This document shows, piece after piece, positions 20,823 through 28,959 of a DNA stretch of 64,000 nt. A program made the translations under genes and the position numbers. The notes under the pieces were generated by a model, which worked only from the letters and a program-made list of their open reading frames with translations, was not told the origin of the DNA and searched no databases. Source of the DNA: Candidatus Omnitrophota bacterium (GTDB lineage: Bacteria > Omnitrophota > Gorgyraeia > JABMRN01 > RBG-13-46-9). The stretch's first letter is position 1. Each line of letters opens with the position of its first letter. The DNA lies in NCBI GenBank assembly GCA_016782445.1, contig JADHYM010000001.1:10212-74211 (forward strand), given 5' to 3'.

Positions 20823-22025
20823 TTATTCATACCGTATCGCTTCCACCGGATCGAGCCTCGAGGCCTTCCATGCAGGATAAAGACTCGCCAGAACCGTCAG
20901 AAGAAGAGAAAATCCTATTATCGCGATCACGTCGGCCCGCACTATTCTTACCGGGATATCGTTCAAATAATATATGTCGCTCGGAAAAAGCTCAAAGCCG
21001 GTTATGCCTTCCACGAATGAGGCTATCGTGTTTATGTTCTTCGCTATGAGCACACCTATAGCGCTCCCGAATAATGCGCCAAGGGCGCCTATCGTAAATC
21101 CGAGAAAGATAAATATTGCCATCACGTCACCCGCCTTCGCGCCTATCGCGCGGAGTATGCCGATATCCTTCGTTTTTTCAAGAACCTGCATTATGAGAGA
21201 ACTGGCGATATTGAAGCACGCCACCATTATGATGAGCGCGAGGATTATGAACATGATCTTTTTCTCAAGCGCCAGCGCCTTCACCAGGTTCTTGTCGAGG
21301 TCCATCCAGCTCCTTACCATGAACGGGTAGCGGAATTCCTTCTGAAGCTCGCGTTTTATGCTACGCGTATTGAATTCGTTGTCGAGTTTCATGCCTATCC
21401 CGGATACAGAGTCCGTATTAAAAAGCTCCTGCGCCTTATCGAGGCTTATAAAAAGAAGGTTCGCGTCGTAATCATACCTGCCCGAAGTGAATGTATCGAC
21501 TATGGTAAACTTTTTTTGCTTTCTCGTCTGCGGGGAAACGAGCGTTATGGAGTCGCCCTTCCTTGCGCCCAGCTCCTTTAAAAGCTCTCCCCCGAGTATG
21601 GCGCCTTCATCTCCGAATTCTAAAACGCCTTTATTCACGTATGCCCCGACGTTACTCACGGCCGGCTCTTTTTTTTCATCCAGGCCGCGGACCATAACGC
21701 CTGTTATCGCGTCCTCATATTTTAAGAATACCTGCTCATCCATGAAGGGGGCGCTGGCAACGACGTGAGGGTTGCGGGAAAGCCTCTCTTCTGCGGCGCG
21801 TTCATCAGCTATGCCTCCTTCGCGTAACAGAATCATATGAGAGTACGTACCTATTATTTTATCCTTTATCTCGATGTCAAATCCTGTCATTATGGATATC
21901 ACTACTATGAGGGCAGCCACACCGACTATGACGCCGAGTATTGATATAAGGCTTACTATCGAGATGAATCTCTCTTGGCTGCGCCTCGTTAAGTATCTGA
22001 ACGCGACGAATATTCTCCAGTTCAT
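20823..22025 (-). CDS. Lipoprotein-releasing permease LolC/E family
   Basis: AALIVVISIMTGF, FNIASSL, DIGILRAIG and YPAWKAS motifs. Confidence 0.9.
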   Translation of the reverse strand: MNWRIFVAFRYLTRRSQERFISIVSLISILGVIVGVAALIVVISIMTGFDIEIKDKIIGTYSHMILLREGGIADERAAEERLSRNPHVVASAPFMDEQVFLKYEDAITGVMVRGLDEKKEPAVSNVGAYVNKGVLEFGDEGAILGGELLKELGARKGDSITLVSPQTRKQKKFTIVDTFTSGRYDYDANLLFISLDKAQELFNTDSVSGIGMKLDNEFNTRSIKRELQKEFRYPFMVRSWMDLDKNLVKALALEKKIMFIILALIIMVACFNIASSLIMQVLEKTKDIGILRAIGAKAGDVMAIFIFLGFTIGALGALFGSAIGVLIAKNINTIASFVEGITGFELFPSDIYYLNDIPVRIVRADVIAIIGFSLLLTVLASLYPAWKASRLDPVEAIRYE

Positions 22026-23440
22026 TTCTCCTCTTTAAGTTGCGGAAACAATATGACTTCGCGTATATTTGCCGAATTCGTCAATATCATGATGAGCCTA
22101 TCGATTCCGATTCCGAGGCCACCTGCCGGCGGCATGCCGTATTCGAGGGCGCGCAGGAAATCCTCGTCTATATCGCCGCCCGCTTCCTCGAATCTCTTTC
22201 TCTGGTCTATCGGGTCATTGAGCTCCGAATAGGCGTTCGCAATCTCCATGCCGCCCATGTAAAGCTCAAACCTGTCTGTAAGATTTGGGTTATCATATTT
22301 CCGCTTCGCCAGGGGGCAAAGCTCCTTGAACATGTCCACCACGAATACGGGGTGATTGCCGGCTTTCGGCTCTATAAGCTCACCTACGATATTAATAAGC
22401 TGCGTCCTCGAAAGTTCTTCCTTCTCGAGTTTTATACCCTTGGCCTTTATCTTTTTTACCCACACGCTTTCTTTTTCATCCGGCCTTATATCGAAATTGT
22501 CCTTCATGAGTTCGGCGAATGATACCTTCTCCCATTTCGTAAGATCAATAGTTTTTCCCTGGTATTCAAACTTCTCGCTTCCCAGAACCTCTTTTGCCAA
22601 GCCCCTTATAAGTTCCTCTACGAGCTTCATCATGCCCTTACAGTCAGAATAAGCCTCGTAAGCCTCTAGCATGGTAAACTCCGGGTTGTGACGCGTAGAA
22701 ATCCCCTCGTTCCTGAAAGAGCGATTTATTTCATACACCTTTTCAAAGCCTCCGACCAGCAGCTTTTTAAGGTAAAGCTCCGGAGCGATCCGGAGGTACA
22801 GGTCCCTGTGTAAAACCTCGTGGTGAGTTTTAAAAGGCTTGCCTGCGGCTCCGCCCGGTATGGGATGCATCATCGGGGTCTCGACCTCCAGGAATCCTTT
22901 TCGGTCCAGCGTATTTCGTATCGTGCGTATCAGAAGGCTCCGGGTTTTGAATATTTTTTTCGCCTCTTCGTTTACAATAAGGTCGACGTAACGCTGCCTG
23001 TAGCGGGTTTCCACGTCCTTCAGGCCGTGCCATTTTTCAGGTAAGGGACGGAGCGACTTTGAAAGGAGCGTAATATCCGAAAGCTTCAATGTAAGCTCGC
23101 CTGTCCGGGTTTTCATGAGTTCGCCTTTTACGCCCACGATGTCGCCTATATCCAGCATTTTCAGGAACTCGAACTTTTCGTCGTTTAAGACGCCCTTACC
23201 GCCATAAAGCTGTATCTTACCCGTTGAATCGCAGAGATCAAAGAAATTCGATTTTCCGTGAGCGCGGACAGCCATTAAGCGGCCCGCAAGGGAGGCGATT
23301 TTGCCTTCTTCAAAGCTTTCACGCAAGGCCGCTATAGTATCGCTCGCTTCGTATTTTGCGCCGAATGGGTATATACCGAGGGCCTCTATTTTCTTTAGTT
23401 TCTCGCGTTTTTGTTTTTCTATATCGTTTAAATGGCTCAT
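22022..23440 (-). CDS. lysS: Lysyl-tRNA synthetase (class II)
   Basis: RYRQRY, LRIAPELYLK, FRNEG, HNPEFT and YGMPPAGG motifs. Confidence 0.97.
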   Translation of the reverse strand: MSHLNDIEKQKREKLKKIEALGIYPFGAKYEASDTIAALRESFEEGKIASLAGRLMAVRAHGKSNFFDLCDSTGKIQLYGGKGVLNDEKFEFLKMLDIGDIVGVKGELMKTRTGELTLKLSDITLLSKSLRPLPEKWHGLKDVETRYRQRYVDLIVNEEAKKIFKTRSLLIRTIRNTLDRKGFLEVETPMMHPIPGGAAGKPFKTHHEVLHRDLYLRIAPELYLKKLLVGGFEKVYEINRSFRNEGISTRHNPEFTMLEAYEAYSDCKGMMKLVEELIRGLAKEVLGSEKFEYQGKTIDLTKWEKVSFAELMKDNFDIRPDEKESVWVKKIKAKGIKLEKEELSRTQLINIVGELIEPKAGNHPVFVVDMFKELCPLAKRKYDNPNLTDRFELYMGGMEIANAYSELNDPIDQRKRFEEAGGDIDEDFLRALEYGMPPAGGLGIGIDRLIMILTNSANIREVILFPQLKEEK

Positions 23441-23473
23441 TTTCCCTTCTTACAGCTTATAGCTAGTTATACA

Positions 23474-23502
23474 ATTATATATAACGTTTACTATTATGTC
23501 AA
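23474..23502 (-). promoter_or_regulatory. Sigma70-type promoter for the lysS operon
   Basis: Minus strand TTGACA-N17-TATAAT (perfect consensus). Confidence 0.75.
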
Positions 23503-23529
23503 ATATAATGAGTATATATTATTATTATA

Positions 23530-23558
23530 TTGACACAACATATTATTTCTACTACACT
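23530..23558 (+). promoter_or_regulatory. Sigma70-type promoter, probably giving a leaderless mRNA
   Basis: TTGACA(23530)-N17-TACACT(23553); ATG lies 6 nt downstream with no SD. Confidence 0.65.
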
Positions 23559-23564
23559 TACAAT

Positions 23565-24290
23565 ATGCTAAAAAAACGCAAAAAAGGCATTGTAACTATA
23601 GCCTTCGATGACGCCTATCTCGCTACCTATAAAAACGCTGTGCGACACCTGACAAAATTGAAGCTCGGCTCCACCATTGCAGTAGCGGCTGATTTAATAG
23701 GTAAAACCTGTGAGAAGCGCCCTGTCATGTCGAAAATAAACCTGAAGGCCGCCATGCACGCTGGGCACGAAATAGCCTCGCACGGCCTGGCGCATGCAAA
23801 CCTAAGAAAGCTGGCTACAAAAAACAAAAAGGCATCTTTAATGGAAATATCCGGATCAAAAAAGAAGCTCGCACGCATCATCGGCTCTCCGGTTACGTCT
23901 TTTGTTTTTCCGTATATAGAAAAAAATAGGACCCGAGCTCTCCGCCTTGAGGCAAGAAAATACTATAAATATATTCGTATCACCTCAAAAAAGCCTTACT
24001 TCGAAAGTGCTACCTTTATGGATCCACGCGAACTTATAGGTTTCGCGGTAAGAAAGAGGCATTCGGTCAAATTTCTGAACAGGTTGGTCGATTACGCGGC
24101 AAAGGAAGGTTTTTGGATTATTGAGGTATTCCACCTTGTCGGAAAACGCAATACGCTAAGCGCCCACCGGAAAAAGTCCTATAGGTTCTTTATGCACATA
24201 AAAGACTTTAAAAAACATCTCGCGCACATACGCTCCAAAAACATCCGCGTTCTCACCATGCGCGCCGCCGTCAAAAAACTAAAAATTTAA
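23565..24290 (+). CDS. Polysaccharide deacetylase family protein
   Basis: TIAFDD, HEIASHGLAH and FVFPY motifs (NodB-like). Confidence 0.85.
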   Translation: MLKKRKKGIVTIAFDDAYLATYKNAVRHLTKLKLGSTIAVAADLIGKTCEKRPVMSKINLKAAMHAGHEIASHGLAHANLRKLATKNKKASLMEISGSKKKLARIIGSPVTSFVFPYIEKNRTRALRLEARKYYKYIRITSKKPYFESATFMDPRELIGFAVRKRHSVKFLNRLVDYAAKEGFWIIEVFHLVGKRNTLSAHRKKSYRFFMHIKDFKKHLAHIRSKNIRVLTMRAAVKKLKI

Positions 24291-24310
24291 CCCCGTACCC
24301 TGTTATATCC

Positions 24311-24348
24311 ACAATAGTAGGGGAGGCTTAAGCCTCCCCTACTATTGT
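24311..24348. repeat. 38-bp perfect palindrome (GTAG-type REP-like or bidirectional terminator) between convergent genes
   Basis: acaatagtaggggaggctt|aagcctcccctactattgt. Confidence 0.85.
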
Positions 24349-24851
24349 TACTTATCCTGCCGAAAGCCGATGCGGCGCTTCGGCTTTTCAGGAGACGCTA
24401 TAAGCTCCCGTATCGCGTCGAAAACAACTTTGAATTGGCGGTTATATTTTTTCTCCATAGTTTCAATTTTTTTCCTTAGGCTCCTATGAGCAAGCAACAT
24501 CTTTCTCAGCTTAGTAAACGTTCTCATAATTTGGATATTAACCAGAATCGCTCTCCTGCTATTTAGCACAGAAGAAAGCATGGCTACTCCTTGCTACGTA
24601 AAAGCGTAAGGCAATTTTCTTGTGCCACCCCATCTTGATGTCACATTCTGTGATATCAAAATATCGAATTCTCCTTTATTTAGCTGAATCATGAAATCTG
24701 CAGGGAATCTCTCTATATTTCTCTTTACTGCCTGAATCAAGGCTCTTGTTTCAACATGGTAGAGCCCTGCCAGATCTCGATCCATTATCACCTTCTCGCC
24801 CCTTATGAGAAGTATCTTATTTTCTATTCTTTCAGCTGGCACTAAATTCAT
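24348..24851 (-). pseudogene. ORF6N-domain DNA-binding protein interrupted by an in-frame TAG
   Basis: [24 protein letters not shown] and PYAFT*QGVAMLSSVL; TAG at 24594-24596 replaces the conserved Glu and the frame continues. Confidence 0.85.
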
Positions 24852-24872
24852 TTTGTCCCTCCTTATCTTTTA

Positions 24873-26411
24873 TTACATCATCCAAAAATCCCGATCCAAA
24901 CTCCTGTATGAAATCGCCTCGCTGATATGCGAGGCCTCAATGGTTTCTTTTTCTTCAAGGTCCGCTATCGTCCTGGATACTTTTAATATCTTGTCATACG
25001 CGCGCGCCGAGATGCCGAGCTCGAGAATTGCCATCTTGAGAAGCTCTTCAGCGTCTTTTTCGAGGTTACAGTGATTTTCCAGTTCTTTTGATTCGAGATA
25101 CGCGTTGAAAAGCAGGGCACCTCCCTTATATCGCGCTTTTTGTCTTTTTCTCGCTTTGTTTACGCGTTCTCGTATCTTCTCGGACGGATCGCCTTTTCTC
25201 CTGCCGGATAGCTCTCCGTAATTAAGTCGCGGGACATTCAGGTGTATGTCGATCCTATCGAGAAGCGGGCCTGATATTTTCGAAAGGTACCTCTGTATCT
25301 GATAAGCCGTGCAGTGGCATTCTTTTTTTGGGTCTGTAAAATATCCACAGGGACAGGGGTTCATCGCAGTTATCAGCATGAACCTCGACGGGTAAACATT
25401 GTTTCCCTGAATTCTTGAAATCCTTATCTCGCCGTCCTCGATCGGCTGCCTTAAAAGTTCCAGGACGTTCCGCTTAAATTCCGGCAGCTCGTCCAGGAAC
25501 AAAATGCCGTTATGCGCCAGGCTTATCTCGCCGGGCATAGGCATAGTGCCACCGCCCACAAGCGCCGCATCGGAAATAGTGTGGTGCGGATCCCTGAACG
25601 GCCTTGTTCTTACGAGCCCTTTATTCGGCGAGAGAAGCCCCGCAACGCTATGTATTTTGGAAGCCTCCAGTATTTCTTCCGTTGTCATTTCCGAAAGAAT
25701 CGTTGGCATTCTTTTTGCAAGCATACTTTTTCCCGACCCGGGCGGACCTATGAGGAGCGCGTTGTGGGACCCTGCCGCAGCAACCTCGAGGCCGCGCTTG
25801 ACATGCTCCTGCCCCTTGACATCGCTAAAATCAGTTCTGTGTTTTTCTTTATGCGTTACTTTCGAAGACATATTTCTGTTAAGGGATTTTGATTTTAGGA
25901 CCCCATTCGAAAAATCCACAACATCTCTTAGGCACTCAAATGCATAGATTTTTACGCCGGTTACGTGCATAACCTCCGCGAGATTCCTTTTAGGAAGCAT
26001 TATTTTCCCGACGCCCTTTTCTTTTAACCCCACGCACATGGGAAGGGCTCCTCTTACCTCTTTAAGTTTGCCGTCAAGCGAAAGTTCCCCGACCGCAGCG
26101 AACTCAAAAAGCCTATCCTGCGATATCGAGCCCTTCGCGCACAACAAGGAAAGCGCGATAGGAAGGTCAAAGCCCGAGCCCTCTTTTTTTACATTTGCCG
26201 GAGCGAGGTTTACGGTAATCTTCCCCTTGGGGAACTCGTATTTTGAATTTTTGATAGCGAACTTTATTCTGTCCCTGGATTCTCTTATGGCCGTATCCGG
26301 AAGCCCGATTATATTAAAAGCCGGCAACGCCCCTCCTGTTATGTCCACCTCTACCTCAATCTTGTACGCGTCTATGCCAATTACGCTTGCCGATAACGAT
26401 TTCGCAATCAT
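24873..26411 (-). CDS. comM: YifB/ComM family Mg-chelatase-like AAA+ ATPase
   Basis: VNLAPA, GPPGSGKS, PGEISLAHNG, LDELPEF, MNPCPCG and GPLLDRID motifs. Confidence 0.93.
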   Translation of the reverse strand: MIAKSLSASVIGIDAYKIEVEVDITGGALPAFNIIGLPDTAIRESRDRIKFAIKNSKYEFPKGKITVNLAPANVKKEGSGFDLPIALSLLCAKGSISQDRLFEFAAVGELSLDGKLKEVRGALPMCVGLKEKGVGKIMLPKRNLAEVMHVTGVKIYAFECLRDVVDFSNGVLKSKSLNRNMSSKVTHKEKHRTDFSDVKGQEHVKRGLEVAAAGSHNALLIGPPGSGKSMLAKRMPTILSEMTTEEILEASKIHSVAGLLSPNKGLVRTRPFRDPHHTISDAALVGGGTMPMPGEISLAHNGILFLDELPEFKRNVLELLRQPIEDGEIRISRIQGNNVYPSRFMLITAMNPCPCGYFTDPKKECHCTAYQIQRYLSKISGPLLDRIDIHLNVPRLNYGELSGRRKGDPSEKIRERVNKARKRQKARYKGGALLFNAYLESKELENHCNLEKDAEELLKMAILELGISARAYDKILKVSRTIADLEEKETIEASHISEAISYRSLDRDFWMM

Positions 26412-26426
26412 GTTTGCCTCTCTTTT

Positions 26427-26813
26427 CTATTCCTCGATAACGTTTTCGAAATGTTCTATTTTTTTTACGCTTCCCGACGCTCTGTAAAGCTCGACAGATA
26501 TAACGTCGATCTGCCACAGCGCTCCATCTATCCCTTGCATATCGCAATACACGAACGCGCACTGCACAAGTTTACGCTTTTTTTTCCGTGTTATTAAATT
26601 ATGGGGCGGCCCAAAATTCCCCTCGCGCCTGGTTTTTACCTCGGCAAAAATAAGTATTTTTTGCTTTCGGGCAACAATATCTATTTCTCCTAAATATGTC
26701 TTCACGTTCCGCCCGATAATTTCGTAGCCTCTGGCGCGGAGGAACCGCGCCGCGTGGCCCTCCCCGAGGTTCCCTACGGCGCGGTTTCCGGAAGCACTTC
26801 GCCTATTCGGCAT
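26427..26813 (-). CDS. yraN: YraN family nuclease
   Basis: GE..A..FL, GEIDIV and FAEVKTR motifs; adjacent to comM. Confidence 0.88.
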   Translation of the reverse strand: MPNRRSASGNRAVGNLGEGHAARFLRARGYEIIGRNVKTYLGEIDIVARKQKILIFAEVKTRREGNFGPPHNLITRKKKRKLVQCAFVYCDMQGIDGALWQIDVISVELYRASGSVKKIEHFENVIEE

Positions 26814-27072
26814 TATGCTTATAAGCATCGAGCATAACCTCTTTCAGGTATTCTGCCAGCTCTTTCGTGGCAGGGGTAAAAATATTGTACCACTTGCCGT
26901 TAGAGCCCTTTTGTTGCGGCATGCCGATAAAAAGGCCCTTCTCGCCCTCGACAACTCTGAACCCCTTGACGAAGAAAAGATCTCCGAACACAAGGTCGCA
27001 GAAAGCCTTGAGCTTGCTTCCATTTTCGAGCCTCGACATCCTGTCTACCTTTACGTTAAGCACCTCGTTCAT
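26803..27072 (-). CDS. spoVG: SpoVG family nucleic-acid-binding protein
   Basis: LKAFCD...VKGFRVVEGEKGLFIGMP motif; GAGGAGG SD before ATG 27072. Confidence 0.85.
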   Translation of the reverse strand: MNEVLNVKVDRMSRLENGSKLKAFCDLVFGDLFFVKGFRVVEGEKGLFIGMPQQKGSNGKWYNIFTPATKELAEYLKEVMLDAYKHNAE

Positions 27073-27137
27073 TTCATACCTCCTCTTTTTCACGAGTTAC
27101 CCTTGCTTTACGCGGCTCAACTCAAGCCGCGCCCCTC

Positions 27138-27180
27138 ATATATAAGACACGCGAGGTAGCGTTTTGCTGCATTATTTTTT
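27138..27180 (-). promoter_or_regulatory. Putative ECF-sigma promoter, copy 1 (upstream of spoVG)
   Basis: Minus strand AAAAAATAATGCAGCAAAAC-N6-TCGCGTGTCTTATATAT; identical blocks recur at 27823-27865. Confidence 0.6.
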
Positions 27181-27231
27181 TAAATTTTTCCGGAATTCGG
27201 GCAAAATAAGAAGGGTTCTCGTCGGTAAAGC

Positions 27232-27269
27232 AAAAAAGAGCCGGTTTTCAAAAAACCGGCTCTTTTTTT
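27232..27269. terminator. Rho-independent terminator after the anti-sigma gene
   Basis: aaaaaagagccggtttt-caa-aaaaccggctctttttt hairpin with A/T tracts on both sides. Confidence 0.8.
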
Positions 27270-27300
27270 AAAAATGAAAGGCTAAAAAGCTCTTAGCGGC

Positions 27301-27735
27301 CTAGCGGGTCTTGAAGTTCCGAAGAATTCTGGAGGCCTCTTTTTCTCCGCCTTTTTGCCAGGCGTCATATATCATGATAAGCATGCGGGCATTCGTGGTA
27401 TCAAAAATCCACTTGGCGCCCATGAGAATTGCGGCAACTAAAAACTGCGCAAAGTAACCCGTCTTGAAAAACGATAGCGCAAACGCTATAATCGTTCCTA
27501 TAAGCCATATATGTTTTTTCCAGTTAGCTTTCATTTTTTTCTCCCTGCCTGCCGGCAGGCAGGCTTTTATCTTCTTGTATTCATCTACTGTCTGGTATGC
27601 GAATACAAGCGCGTCCATGCACTCGCCGCACCCTGCTAAATGCTGCTCGATTCGTTCCCTGCTTTCCCGGGAAACTTTTCCATTTAAGTAATCGTTTAAA
27701 ACTACTTCATTTATACACGTATTTGTTTTTACCAT
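27301..27735 (-). CDS. zf-HC2 (ZAS) anti-sigma factor with TM region
   Basis: HLAGCGEC (HxxxCxxC) motif, two TM helices, directly downstream of the ECF sigma gene. Confidence 0.8.
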   Translation of the reverse strand: MVKTNTCINEVVLNDYLNGKVSRESRERIEQHLAGCGECMDALVFAYQTVDEYKKIKACLPAGREKKMKANWKKHIWLIGTIIAFALSFFKTGYFAQFLVAAILMGAKWIFDTTNARMLIMIYDAWQKGGEKEASRILRNFKTR

Positions 27736-27759
27736 ATTTTTCCCTTCGATATTTTTCTC

Positions 27760-27814
27760 ACGCAATCGATCAACGCCTGACGTTTCGCCCGACACAACCG
27801 CAACCGATCAACGC
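27760..27814. repeat. Partial copy of the GACGTTTCGCGCGACGCAACC element
   Basis: gacgtttcgcccgacacaaccgcaaccgatca resembles 34862-34901 and the reverse complement of 57012-57034. Confidence 0.7.
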
Positions 27815-27822
27815 CCCCCCCT

Positions 27823-27865
27823 ATATATAAGACACGCGAAATGCTGTTTTGCTGCATTATTTTTT
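27823..27865 (-). promoter_or_regulatory. Putative ECF-sigma promoter, copy 2 (upstream of anti-sigma, overlapping the sigma stop)
   Basis: Same 20-bp and 17-bp blocks as 27138-27180 with a different 6-bp spacer. Confidence 0.6.
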
Positions 27866-28432
27866 CATTTTCTTCCGCATCCGGGCAATGATCGAGGACG
27901 CTGTCCCGACGGGAACGCGGATAATTTTCGCTATCTCTTTGAGTGAAAGATTTTTTTTAAAATATAATTTGAATAAGAGCTTTTCTCTTGAAGATAGCCC
28001 CCTGTATAAGTCTTTTATCTCGGCTTTTAAATCTCCTTCCGGCGCCACGCTGGCTCGCGCTGTATCTTCCTTTTTCAAATTATCAAAGTAAGATTCTTCT
28101 CCGATAAGTATTTCATTTTTTTTCGACCGCATATGATTCACGGAAGCGTTTCTTGCCATAACAGTGAGCCAGTAATCAATGCTATCTCTTTCTCTTATCT
28201 CTTCGAGCTTATTGTCGATCCAAAGCCCGGCAACGATCTCCTGTTTTATGTCCTTAATATCTTCTTCGCGAATATGGGGCCTCAACGAATACTGCGTGAG
28301 CGCCTTTTGTATCGCAAAAACTATGAGCCCTGAATATCTGGCAATGAACTCCGCCCACGCGACTGCGTCACGCGAAATACATTTATCGATCAACTCCGCC
28401 GTGCAGAGACCCCCGTACTTCATTACCTCCAC
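27857..28432 (-). CDS. ECF-type RNA polymerase sigma factor
   Basis: Region 2 (DIKQE, WL..ARN) and region 4 HTH (LSLKEIA..IRVPVGT), 191 aa. Confidence 0.88.
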   Translation of the reverse strand: MEVMKYGGLCTAELIDKCISRDAVAWAEFIARYSGLIVFAIQKALTQYSLRPHIREEDIKDIKQEIVAGLWIDNKLEEIRERDSIDYWLTVMARNASVNHMRSKKNEILIGEESYFDNLKKEDTARASVAPEGDLKAEIKDLYRGLSSREKLLFKLYFKKNLSLKEIAKIIRVPVGTASSIIARMRKKMKK

Positions 28433-28959
28433 AAGCCTTTGTTGTTTTCCCGAGCTTCACGCTGGAGCCGCAGGAATTTATCTATGTATTTCACGTTCGG
28501 CGGAAACGTGTAAACTTGAGCGTACCCCTCTCGCAGGAGCTCGGCGTTCAGCATTCTGCCGTCCGGAAGATAGACGTATGCGAGGAGCCTGCCGTAGCGG
28601 TCGCGGCGCTCAACGTCAAATTCAAGCCGCACCCTTTTACCCTCGACAAGCATCTTCGTGAAATCAGAGGCTTTTTTGCCCATTGCAATAATAGTAGCGG
28701 CATCTCGTCCGGAGCTCTTCATGTCGCGGGCGAGCTTAGCGTTATATCGTGACTCGGGCGTGTCTATGCCTACAAGGCGCACTCTTTCCCTATCAGCAAG
28801 CTCGATTGTATCGCCGTCTATCGCTCTTGTTACCAGGATATCGTTGTAATCATGTAGGCCCGCCGAGCAGGCTGAAAGAAACATGGGTAGCAAAAGGACA
28901 AGCGCGCCGAGGAGTCTTGCGACACGCTTCTTTCGTCTTGTAGTTTTTTTCCCTCTCAT
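28423..28959 (-). CDS. Thermonuclease (SNase) family lipoprotein
   Basis: IDGDT, VRLVGIDTPE, DRYGRLLAY and GLW motifs; lipobox LSAC. Confidence 0.9.
   Translation of the reverse strand: MRGKKTTRRKKRVARLLGALVLLLPMFLSACSAGLHDYNDILVTRAIDGDTIELADRERVRLVGIDTPESRYNAKLARDMKSSGRDAATIIAMGKKASDFTKMLVEGKRVRLEFDVERRDRYGRLLAYVYLPDGRMLNAELLREGYAQVYTFPPNVKYIDKFLRLQREARENNKGLWR

Noticed and set aside
24594-24596. Stop-codon reassignment or pyrrolysine
   Set aside because: TAG, TGA and TAA all terminate conserved genes in this window, and no pyl genes are present.
24348-28959. Prophage or integrative element around ORF6N, nuclease and sigma
   Set aside because: No integrase, structural or replication genes; comM is intact.
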